Below are positions 38,950 through 51,329 of a DNA stretch of 64,000 nucleotides, one piece after another. Every line of letters starts with the position of its first letter. Position 1 is the first letter of the stretch. The position numbers and the translations under genes are program-made. This DNA is from the human T2T-CHM13v2.0 reference genome, Homo sapiens. The notes under the pieces are model-generated. The model was given only the letters and a program-made list of their open reading frames with translations, searched no databases and had not been told where the DNA came from. Where the stretch lies: NCBI RefSeq assembly GCF_009914755.1, contig NC_060938.1. The stretch is one strand, 5' to 3'.

Positions 38950-41900
38950 TCAACTCTGTTAGTTGAGTACACACATCACAAATAAGTTTCACACAAAGCT
39001 TCTTTCTAGCTTGTAGGGGAAGATATTCCCTTTATCACCATGGGCCTCAAACCGTCTGAAACGTCCACTTCCATATACTACAAAAAGAGCATTTCAAACC
39101 TGCTCTATGAAAGGCAATGTTCAACTCTGTGACTTGAATGCAGACATCACAGAGCAGTTTCTGAGAATGCTTCTGTCTAGATTTTATAGGAAGATATTCC
39201 CGTTTCCAACGAAATCTTCACAGCTATCCAAATATCCACTTGCAGATTCTACAAAAAGAGTGTATCAAAACTGCTCTGTCAAAAGGAAGGTTCTTCTCTG
39301 TTAGGTGAGTGCATACGTCATAAAGGAGTTTCTGAGAATGTTTCTGTCTAGTGGTTATGGGAAGATATTTGCTTTTTCCCCGTAGGCCTCAGGGCGCTCC
39401 AAATGTCCACTTGCACATGCTACAAAAAGAGTGCTTCAAAGCTGCTCTCTGAAAGGGAATGTTCAACTCTATGAGTTGAATGCAAACATCACAAAGACGT
39501 TTCTGAGAATGCTTCTGTCTAGATTTGATATGAAGATATTCCCGTTTCCAACGAAATCTTCAAATCTATCCAAATGTCCACTTGCAGATTCAACAAAAAG
39601 TGTTTTTCAGAACTGCTCTATCAAAAGAAAGATCCACCTCTGTTAGCTGAGTTCAGACATCACAAACAAGTTTATGAGAATGCTTCTGTCTAGTTTTTAT
39701 TTGAAGATATTTCCTTTCTCACCATAGACCTGAAAGCTGTCCTAATGTTCACTTCCAGTTACTACAGAAAGAGTGTTTCAAAACTGCTGTACGAAAGGGA
39801 ATGTTCAACTCTGTGACTTGAATGCACACATCACAAAGAAGTTTCTGAGGATGCTGCTGTCTACTTTTTATACTTAATCCCGTTTCCAACGAAATCCTCC
39901 AAGCTATCCAAATATCCACTTGCAGATTCCACAGAAAGACTGTTTCAAAACTGCTCTGTCAATAGAAAGGTTCAACTCTGTTAGCTGCGTGCATATATCC
40001 CAAAGAAGATTCTGAGATTGCTTCTGTCTAGTTTTTATGGGAAGATATTTCCCTTTTCACCGTAGGCGTCCAGGCGCTCCAAATGTCCACTTCCAGATAC
40101 TACAAAAACAGTGTTTCAAACCTACTCTGTGAAAGGGAATATTCAACTCTGTGACTTGAATGCACATATCACAAGGAAGTTTCTGAGAATGCTTCTGTCG
40201 AGATTTTATATGAAGATATTCCCGTTTCCAACGAAATCCTGAAATCTATCCAAATATCCCCTCGCAGATTCTACAAAAAGAGTGTTTCAAAACTGCTCTG
40301 TAAAAAGGAAGGTTCAACTCTGTTAGTTGAGTACACACATCACAAACAAGTTTCACAGAATGCTTCTTTCTAGCTTGTAGGGGAAGATATTCCCTTTATC
40401 ACCATGGGCCTCCAACCGTCCGATAAGTCCACTTCCATATACTACAAAAAGAGCGTTTCAAACCTGCTCTATGAAAGGCAATGTTCAACTCTGTGACTTG
40501 AATGCAGACATCACAGAGCAGTTTCTGAGAATGCTTCTGTCTAGATTTTATAGGAAGATATTCCCGTTTCCAACGAAATCTTCACAGCTATCCAAATATC
40601 CACTTGCAGATTCTACAAAAAGAGTGTATCAAAACTGCTCTGTCAAAAGGAAGGTTCTTCTCTGTTAGGTGAGTGCATACGTCATAAAGGAGTTTCTGAG
40701 AATGTTTCTGTCTAGTGGTTATGGGAAGATATTTGCTTTTTCACCGTAGGCCTCAGAGCGCTCCAAATATCCACTTGCACATACTACAAAAAGAGTGCTT
40801 CAAAGCTGGTCTCTGAAACGGAATGTTCAACTCTATGAGTTGAATGCAAACATCACAAAGACGTTTCTGAGAATGCTTCTGTCTAGATTTGATATGAAGA
40901 TATTCCCGTTTCCAACGAAATCTTCAAATCTATCCAAATGTCCACTTGCAGATTCAACAAAAAGTGTTTTTCAGAACTGCTCTATCAAAAGAAAGATCCA
41001 CCTCTGTTAGCTGAGTTCACACATCACAAACAAGTTTATGAGAATGCTTCTGTATAGTTTTTATTTGAAGATATTTCCTTTCTCACCATAGACCTGAAAG
41101 CTGTCCTAATGTTCACTTCCAGATACTACAGAAAGAGTGTTTCAAAACTGCTGTACGAAAGGGAATGTTCAACTCTGTGACTTGAATGCACACATCACAA
41201 AGAAGTTTCTGAGGATGCTGCTGTCTACTTTTTATACGTAATCCCGTTTCCAACGAAATCCTCCAAGCTATCCAAATATCCACTTGCAGATTCCACAGAA
41301 AGGCTGTTTCAAAACTGCTCTGTCAATAGAAAGGTTCAACTCTGTTAGCTGCGTGCATATATCCCAAAGAAGATTCTGAGATTGCTTCTGTCTAGTTTTT
41401 ATGGGAAGATATTTCCCTTTTCACCGTAGGTGTCAAGGCGCTCCAAATGTCCACTTCCAGATACTACAAAAAGAGTGTTTCAAACCTACTCTGTGAAAGG
41501 GAATATTCAACTCTGTGACTTGAATGCACATATCACAAAGAAGTTTCTGAGAATGCTTCTGTCGAGATTTTATATGAAGATATTCCCGTTTCCAACGAAA
41601 TCCTGAAATGTATCCAAATATCCCCTCGCAGATTCTACAAAAAGAGTGTTTCAAAACTGCTCTGTAAAAAGAAAGGTTCAACTCTGTTAGTTGAGTACAC
41701 ACATCACAAATAAGTTTCACACAATGCTTCTTTCTAGCTTGTAGGGGAAGATATTCCCTTTATCACCATGGGCCTCAAACCGTCTGAAACGTCCACTTCC
41801 ATATACTACAAAAAGAGCATTTCAAACCTGCTCTATGAAAGGCAATGTTCAACTCTGTGACTTGAATGCAGACATCACAGAGCAGTTTCTGAGAATGCTT

Positions 41901-44900
41901 CTGTCTAGATTTTATAGGAAGATATTCCCGTTTCCAACGAAATCTTCACAGCTATCCAAATATCCACTTGCAGATTCTACAAAAAGAGTGTATCAAAACT
42001 GCTCTGTCAAAAGGAAGGTTCTTCTCTGTTAGGTGAGTGCATACGTCATAAAGGAGTTTCTGAGAATGTTTCTGTCTAGTGGTTATGGGAAGATATTTGC
42101 TTTTTCCCCGTAGGCCTCAGGGCGCTCCAAATGTCCACTTGCACATGCTACAAAAAGAGTGCTTCAAAGCTGCTCTCTGAAAGGGAATGTTCAACTCTAT
42201 GAGTTGAATGCAAACATCGCAAAGACGTTTCTGAGAATGCTTCTGTCTAGATTTGATATGAAGATATTCCCGTTTCCAACGAAATCTTCAAATCTATCCA
42301 AATGTCCACTTGCAGATTCAACAAAAAGTGTTTTTCAGAACTGCTCTATCAAAAGAAAGATCCACCTCTGTTAGCTGAGTTCACACATCACAAACAAGTT
42401 TATGAGAATGCTTCTGTCTAGTTTTTATTTGAAGATATTTCCTTTCTCACCATAGAGCTGAAAGCTGTCCTAATGTTCACTTCCAGATACTACAGAAAGA
42501 GTGTTTCAAAACTGCTGTACGAAAGGGAATGTTCAACTCTGTGACTTGAATGCACACATCACAAAGAAGTTTCTGAGGATGCTGCTGTCTACTTTTTATA
42601 CGTAATCCCGTTTCCAACGAAATCCTCCAAGCTATCCAAATATCCACTTGCAGATTCCACAGAAAGACTGTTTCAAAACTGCTCTGTCAATAGAAAGGTT
42701 CAACTCTGTTAGCTGCGTGCATATATCCCAAAGAAGATTCTGAGATTGCTTCTGTCTAGTTTTTATGGGAAGATATTTCCCTTTTCACCGTAGGCGTCCA
42801 GGCGCTCCAAATGTCCACTTCCAGATACTACAAAAACAGTGTTTCAAACCTACTCTGTGAAAGGGAATATTCAACTCTGTGACTTGAATGCACATATCAC
42901 AAGGAAGTTTCTGAGAATGCTTCTGTCGAGATTTTATATGAAGATATTCCCGTTTCCAACGAAATCCTGAAATCTATCCAAATATCCCCTCGCAGATTCT
43001 ACAAAAAGAGTGTTTCAAAACTGCTCTGTAAAAAGGAAGGTTCAACTCTGTTAGTTGAGTACACACATCACAAACAAGTTTCACAGAATGCTTCTTTCTA
43101 GCTTGTAGGGGAAGATATTCCCTTTATCACCATGGGCCTCCAACCGTCCGATAAGTCCACTTCCATATACTACAAAAAGAGCGTTTCAAACCTGCTCTAT
43201 GAAAGGCAATGTTCAACTCTGTGACTTGAATGCAGACATCACAGAGCAGTTTCTGAGAATGCTTCTGTCTAGATTTTATAGGAAGATATTCCCGTTTCCA
43301 ACGAAATCTTCACAGCTATCCAAATATCCACTTGCAGATTCTACAAAAAGAGTGTATCAAAACTGCTCTGTCAAAAGGAAGGTTCTTCTCTGTTAGGTGA
43401 GTGCATACGTCATAAAGGAGTTTCTGAGAATGTTTCTGTCTAGTGGTTATGGGAAGATATTTGCTTTTTCACCGTAGGCCTCAGAGCGCTCCAAATATCC
43501 ACTTGCACATACTACAAAAAGAGTGCTTCAAAGCTGGTCTCTGAAACGGAATGTTCAACTCTATGAGTTGAATGCAAACATCACAAAGACGTTTCTGAGA
43601 ATGCTTCTGTCTAGATTTGATATGAAGATATTCCCGTTTCCAACGAAATCTTCAAATCTATCCAAATGTCCACTTGCAGATTCAACAAAAAGTGTTTTTC
43701 AGAACTGCTCTATCAAAAGAAAGATCCACCTCTGTTAGCTGAGTTCACACATCACAAACAAGTTTATGAGAATGCTTCTGTATAGTTTTTATTTGAAGAT
43801 ATTTCCTTTCTCACCATAGACCTGAAAGCTGTCCTAATGTTCACTTCCAGATACTACAGAAAGAGTGTTTCAAAACTGCTGTACGAAAGGGAATGTTCAA
43901 CTCTGTGACTTGAATGCACACATCACAAAGAAGTTTCTGAGGATGCTGCTGTCTACTTTTTATACGTAATCCCGTTTCCAACGAAATCCTCCAAGCTATC
44001 CAAATATCCACTTGCAGATTCCACAGAAAGGCTGTTTCAAAACTGCTCTGTCAATAGAAAGGTTCAACTCTGTTAGCTGCGTGCATATATCCCAAAGAAG
44101 ATTCTGAGATTGCTTCTGTCTAGTTTTTATGGGAAGATATTTCCCTTTTCACCGTAGGTGTCAAGGCGCTCCAAATGTCCACTTCCAGATACTACAAAAA
44201 GAGTGTTTCAAACCTACTCTGTGAAAGGGAATATTCAACTCTGTGACTCGAATGCACATATCACAAAGAAGTTTCTGAGAATGCTTCTGTCGAGATTTTA
44301 TATGAAGATATTCCCGTTTCCAACGAAATCCTGAAATGTATCCAAATATCCCCTCGCAGATTCTACAAAAAGAGTGTTTCAAAACTGCTCTGTAAAAAGA
44401 AAGGTTCAACACTGTTAGTTGAGTACACACATCACAAATAAGTTTCACACAATGCTTCTTTCTAGCTTGTAGGGGAAGATATTCCCTTTATCACCATGGG
44501 CCTCAAACCGTCTGAAACGTCCACTTCCATATACTACAAAAAGAGCATTTCAAACCTGCTCTATGAAAGGCAATGTTCAACTCTGTGACTTGAATGCAGA
44601 CATCACAGAGCAGTTTCTGAGAATGCTTCTGTCTAGATTTTATAGGAAGATATTCCCGTTTCCAACGAAATCTTCACAGCTATCCAAATATCCACTTGCA
44701 GATTCTACAAAAAGAGTGTATCAAAACTGCTCTGTCAAAAGGAAGGTTCTTCTCTGTTAGGTGAGTGCATACGTCATAAAGGAGTTTCTGAGAATGTTTC
44801 TGTCTAGTGGTTATGGGAAGATATTTGCTTTTTCCCCGTAGGCCTCAGGGCGCTCCAAATGTCCACTTGCACATGCTACAAAAAGAGTGCTTCAAAGCTG

Positions 44901-47300
44901 CTCTCTGAAAGGGAATGTTCAACTCTATGAGTTGAATGCAAACATCACAAAGACGTTTCTGAGAATGCTTCTGTCTAGATTTGATATGAAGATATTCCCG
45001 TTTCCAACGAAATCTTCAAATCTATCCAAATGTCCACTTGCAGATTCAACAAAAAGTGTTTTTCAGAACTGCTCTATCAAAAGAAAGATCCACCTCTGTT
45101 AGCTGAGTTCAGACATCACAAACAAGTTTATGAGAATGCTTCTGTCTAGTTTTTATTTGAAGATATTTCCTTTCTCACCATAGACCTGAAAGCTGTCCTA
45201 ATGTTCACTTCCAGTTACTACAGAAAGAGTGTTTCAAAACTGCTGTACGAAAGGGAATGTTCAACTCTGTGACTTGAATGCACACATCACAAAGAAGTTT
45301 CTGAGGATGCTGCTGTCTACTTTTTATACTTAATCCCGTTTCCAACGAAATCCTCCAAGCTATCCAAATATCCACTTGCAGATTCCACAGAAAGACTGTT
45401 TCAAAACTGCTCTGTCAATAGAAAGGTTCAACTCTGTTAGCTGCGTGCATATATCCCAAAGAAGATTCTGAGATTGCTTCTGTCTAGTTTTTATGGGAAG
45501 ATATTTCCCTTTTCACCGTAGGCGTCCAGGCGCTCCAAATGTCCACTTCCAGATACTACAAAAAGAGTGTTTCAAACCTACTCTGTGAAAGGGAATATTC
45601 AACTCTGTGACTTGAATGCACATATCACAAGGAAGTTTCTGAGAATGCTTCTGTCGAGATTTTATATGAAGATATTCCCGTTTCCAACGAAATCCTGAAA
45701 TCTATCCAAATATCCCCTCGCAGATTCTACAAAAAGAGTGTTTCAAAACTGCTCTGTAAAAAGGAAGGTTCAACTCTGTTAGTTGAGTACACACATCACA
45801 AACAAGTTTCACAGAATGCTTCTTTCTAGCTTGTAGGGGAAGATATTCCCTTTATCACCATGGGCCTCCAACCGTCCGATAAGTCCACTTCCATATACTA
45901 CAAAAAGAGCGTTTCAAACCTGCTCTATGAAAGGCAATGTTCAACTCTGTGACTTGAATGCAGACATCACAGAGCAGTTTCTGAGAATGCTTCTGTCTAG
46001 ATTTTATAGGAAGATATTCCCGTTTCCAACGAAATCTTCACAGCTATCCAAATATCCACTTGCAGATTCTACAAAAAGAGTGTATCAAAACTGCTCTGTC
46101 AAAAGGAAGGTTCTTCTCTGTTAGGTGAGTGCATACGTCATAAAGGAGTTTCTGAGAATGTTTCTGTCTAGTGGTTATGGGAAGATATTTGCTTTTTCAC
46201 CGTAGGCCTCAGAGCGCTCCAAATATCCACTTGCACATACTACAAAAAGAGTGCTTCAAAGCTGGTCTCTGAAACGGAATGTTCAACTCTATGAGTTGAA
46301 TGCAAACATCACAAAGACGTTTCTGAGAATGCTTCTGTCTAGATTTGATATGAAGATATTCCCGTTTCCAACGAAATCTTCAAATCTATCCAAATGTCCA
46401 CTTGCAGATTCAACAAAAAGTGTTTTTCAGAACTGCTCTATCAAAAGAAAGATCCACCTCTGTTAGCTGAGTTCACACATCACAAACAAGTTTATGAGAA
46501 TGCTTCTGTCTAGTTTTTATTTGAAGATATTTCCTTTCTCACCATAGAGCTGAAAGCTGTCCTAATGTTCACTTCCAGATACTACAGAAAGAGTGTTTCA
46601 AAACTGCTGTACGAAAGGGAATGTTCAACTCTGTGACTTGAATGCACACATCACAAAGAAGTTTCTGAGGATGCTGCTGTCTACTTTTTATACGTAATCC
46701 CGTTTCCAACGAAATCCTCCAAGCTATCCAAATATCCACTTGCAGATTCCACAGAAAGGCTGTTTCAAAACTGCTCTGTCAATAGAAAGGTTCAACTCTG
46801 TTAGCTGCGTGCATATATCCCAAAGAAGATTCTGAGATTGCTTCTGTCTAGTTTTTATGGGAAGATATTTCCCTTTTCACCGTAGGTGTCAAGGCGCTCC
46901 AAATGTCCACTTCCAGATACTACAAAAAGAGTGTTTCCAACCTACTCTGTGAAAGGGAATATTCAACTCTGTGACTTGAATGCACATATCACAAAGAAGT
47001 TTCTGAGAATGCTTCTGTCGAGATTTTATATGAAGATATTCCCGTTTCCAACGAAATCCTGAAATGTATCCAAATATCCCCTCGCAGATTCTACAAAAAG
47101 AGTGTTTCAAAACTGCTCTGTAAAAAGAAAGGTTCAACTCTGTTAGTTGAGTACACACATCACAAACAAGTTTCACACAATGCTTCTTTCTAGCTTGTAG
47201 GGGAAGATATTCCCTTTATCACCATGGGCCTCAAACCGTCTGAAACGTCCACTTCCATATACTACAAAAAGAGCATTTCAAACCTGCTCTATGAAAGGCA
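38950..47300. repeat. Block with a 2728-bp (2-HOR) super-period, about three copies
   Basis: CAAATAAG at ~38979/41707/44435, AAAAACAGTG at ~40104/42832, TGTATAG at ~41051/43779, and GCTGGTCTC (MLQSW ORF proxy) at 40795/43523/46251. Confidence 0.85.
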
Positions 47301-50300
47301 ATGTTCAACTCTGTGACTTGAATGCAGACATCACAGAGCAGTTTCTGAGAATGCTTCTGTCTAGATTTTATAGGAAGATATTCCCGTTTCCAACGAAATC
47401 TTCACAGCTATCCAAATATCCACTTGCAGATTCTACAAAAAGAGTGTATCAAAACTGCTCTGTCAAAAGGAAGGTTCTTCTCTGTTAGGTGAGTGCATAC
47501 GTCATAAAGGAGTTTCTGAGAATGTTTCTGTCTAGTGGTTATGGGAAGATATTTCCTTTTTCCCCGTAGGCCTCAGGGCGCTCCAAATGTCCACTTGCAC
47601 ATGCTACAAAAAGAGTGCTTCAAAGCTGCTCTCTGAAAGGGAATGTTCAACTCTATGAGTTGAATGCAAACATCACAAAGACGTTTCTGAGAATGCTTCT
47701 GTCTAGATTTGATATGAAGATATTCCCGTTTCCAACGAAATCTTCAAATCTATCCAAATGTCCACTTGCAGATTCAACAAAAAGTGTTTTTCAGAACTGC
47801 TCTATCAAAAGAAAGATCCACCTCTGTTAGCTGAGTTCAGACATCACAAACAAGTTTATGAGAATGCTTCTGTCTAGTTTTTATTTGAAGATATTTCCTT
47901 TCTCACCATAGACCTGAAAGCTGTCCTAATGTTCACTTCCAGTTACTACAGAAAGAGTGTTTCAAAACTGCTGTACGAAAGGGAATGTTCAACTCTGTGA
48001 CTTGAATGCACACATCACAAAGAAGTTTCTGAGGATGCTGCTGTCTACTTTTTATACTTAATCCCGTTTCCAACGAAATCCTCCAAGCTATCCAAATATC
48101 CACTTGCAGATTCCACAGAAAGACTGTTTCAAAACTGCTCTGTCAATAGAAAGGTTCAACTCTGTTAGCTGCGTGCATATATCCCAAAGAAGATTCTGAG
48201 ATTGCTTCTGTCTAGTTTTTATGGGAAGATATTTCCCTTTTCACCGTAGGCGTCAAGGCGCTCCAAATGTCCACTTCCAGATACTACAAAAAGAGTGTTT
48301 CAAACCTACTCTGTGAAAGGGAATATTCAACTCTGTGACTTGAATGCACATATCACAAGGAAGTTTCTGAGAATGCTTCTGTCGAGATTTTATATGAAGA
48401 TATTCTCGTTTACAACGAAATCCTGAAATCTATCCAAATATCCCCTCGCAGATTCTACAAAAAGAGTGTTTCAAAACTGCTCTGTAAAAAGAAAGGTTCA
48501 ACTCTGTTAGTTGAGTACACACATCACAAACAAGTTTCACAGAATGCTTCTTTCTAGCTTGTAGGGGAAGATATTCCCTTTATCACCATGGGCCTCCAAC
48601 CGTCCGAAACATCCACTTCCATATACTACAAAAAGAGCGTTTCAAACCTGCTCTATGAAAGGCAATGTTCAACTCTGTGACTTGAATGCAGACATCACAG
48701 AGCAGTTTCTGAGAATGCTTCTGTCTAGATTTTATAGGAAGATATTCCCGTTTCCAACGAAATCTTCACAGCTATCCAAATATCCACTTGCAGATTCTAC
48801 AAAAAGAGTGTATCAAAACTGCTCTGTCAAAAGGAAGGTTCTTCTCTGTTAGGTGAGTGCATACGTCATAAAGGAGTTTCTGAGAATGTTTCTGTCTAGT
48901 GGTTATGGGAAGATATTTGCTTTTTCCCCGTAGGCCTCAGGGCGCTCCAAATGTCCACTTGCACATGCTACAAAAAGAGTGCTTCAAAGCTGCTCTCTGA
49001 AAGGGAATGTTCAACTCTATGAGTTGAATGCAAACATCACAAAGACGTTTCTGAGAATGCTTCTGTCTAGATTTGATATGAAGATATTCCCGTTTCCAAC
49101 GAAATCTTCAAATCTATCCAAATGTCCACTTGCAGATTCAACAAAAAGTGTTTTTCAGAACTGCTCTATCAAAAGAAAGATCCACCTCTGTTAGCTGAGT
49201 TCAGACATCACAAACAAGTTTATGAGAATGCTTCTGTCTAGTTTTTATTTGAAGATATTTCCTTTCTCACCATAGACCTGAAAGCTGTCCTAATGTTCAC
49301 TTCCAGTTACTACAGAAAGAGTGTTTCAAAACTGCTGTACGAAAGGGAATGTTCAACTCTGTGACTTGAATGCACACATCACAAAGAAGTTTCTGAGGAT
49401 GCTGCTGTCTACTTTTTATACGTAATCCCGTTTCCAACGAAATCCTTCAAGCTATCCAAATATCCACTTGCAGATTCCACAGAAAGACTGTTTCAAAACT
49501 GCTCTGTCAATAGAAAGGTTCAACTCTGTTAGCTGCGTGCATATATCCCAAAGAAGATTCTGAGATTGCTTCTGTCTAGTTTTTATGGGAAGATATTTCC
49601 CTTTTCACCGTAGGCGTCCAGGCGCTCCAAATGTCCACTTCCAGATACTACAAAAAGAGTGTTTCAAACCTACTCTGTGAAAGGGAATATTCAACTCTGT
49701 GACTTGAATGCACATATCACAAGGAAGTTTCTGAGAATGCTTCTGTCGAGATTTTATATGAAGATATTCCCGTTTCCAACGAAATGCTGAAATGTATCCA
49801 AATATCCCCTCGCAGATTCTACAAAAAGAGTGTTTCAAAACTGCTCTGTAAAAAGAAAGGTTCAACTCTGTTAGTTGAGTACACACATCACAAACTAGTT
49901 TCACAGAATGCTTCTTTCTAGCTTGTAGGGGAAGATATTCCCTTTATCACCATGGGCCTCAAACCGTCCGAAAAGTCCACTTCCATATACTACAAAAAGA
50001 GCGTTTCAAACCTGCTCTATGAAAGGCAATGTTCAACTCTGTGACTTGAATGCAGACATCACAGAGCAGTTTCTGAGAATGCTTCTGTCTAGATTTTATA
50101 GGAAGATATTCCCGTTTCCAACGAAATCTTCACAGCTATCCAAATATCCACTTGCAGATTCTACAAAAAGAGTGTATCAAAACTGCTCTGTCAAAAGGAA
50201 GGTTCTTTTCTGTTAGGTGAGTGCATACGTCATAAAGGAGTTTCTGAGAATGTTTCTGTCTAGTGGTTATGGGAAGATATTTGCTTTTTCACCGTAGGCC

Positions 50301-51329
50301 TCAGAGCGCTCCAAATATCCACTTGCACATACTACAAAAAGAGTGCCTCAAAGCTGCTCTCTGTAACGGAATGTTCAACTCTATGAGTTGAATGCAAACA
50401 TCACAAAGACGTTTCTGAGAATGCTTCTGTCTAGATTTGATATGAAGATCTTCCCGTTTCCAACGAAATCTTCAAATCTATCCAAATGTCCACTTGCAGA
50501 TTCAACAGAAAGTGTTTTTCAGAACTGCTCTATCAAAAGAAAGATCCACCTCTGTTAGCTGAGTTCAGACATCACAAACAAGTTTATGAGAATGCTTCTG
50601 TCTAGTTTTTATTTGAAGATATTTCCTTTCTCACCATAGACCTGAAAGCTGTCCTAATGTTCACTTCCAGTTACTACAGAAAGAGTGTTTCAAAACTGCT
50701 GTACGAAAGGGAATGTTCAACTCTGTGACTTGAATGCACACATCACAAAGAAGTTTCTGAGGATGCTGCTGTCTACTTTTTATACTTAATCCCGTTTCCA
50801 ACGAAATCCTCCAAGCTATCCAAATATCCACTTGCAGATTCCACAGAAAGACTGTTTCAAAACTGCTCTGTCAATAGAAAGGTTCAACTCTGTTAGCTGC
50901 GTGCATATATCCCAAAGAAGATTCTGAGATTGCTTCTGTCTAGTTTTTATGGGAAGATATTTCCCTTTTCACCGTAGGCGTCAAGGCGCTCCAAATGTCC
51001 ACTTCCAGATACTACAAAAAGAGTGTTTCAAACCTACTCTGTGAAAGGGAATATTCAACTCTGTGACTTGAATGCACATATCACAAGGAAGTTTCTGAGA
51101 ATGCTTCTGTCGAGATTTTATATGAAGATATTCCCGTTTCCAACGAAATCCTGAAATCTATCCAAATATCCCCTCGCAGATTCTACAAAAAGAGTGTTTC
51201 AAAACTGTTCTGTAAAAAGAAAGGTTCAACTCTGTTAGTTGAGTACACACATCACAAACAAGTTTCACAGAATGCTTCTTTCTAGCTTGTAGGGGAAGAT
51301 ATTCCCTTTATCACCATGGGCCTCAAACC

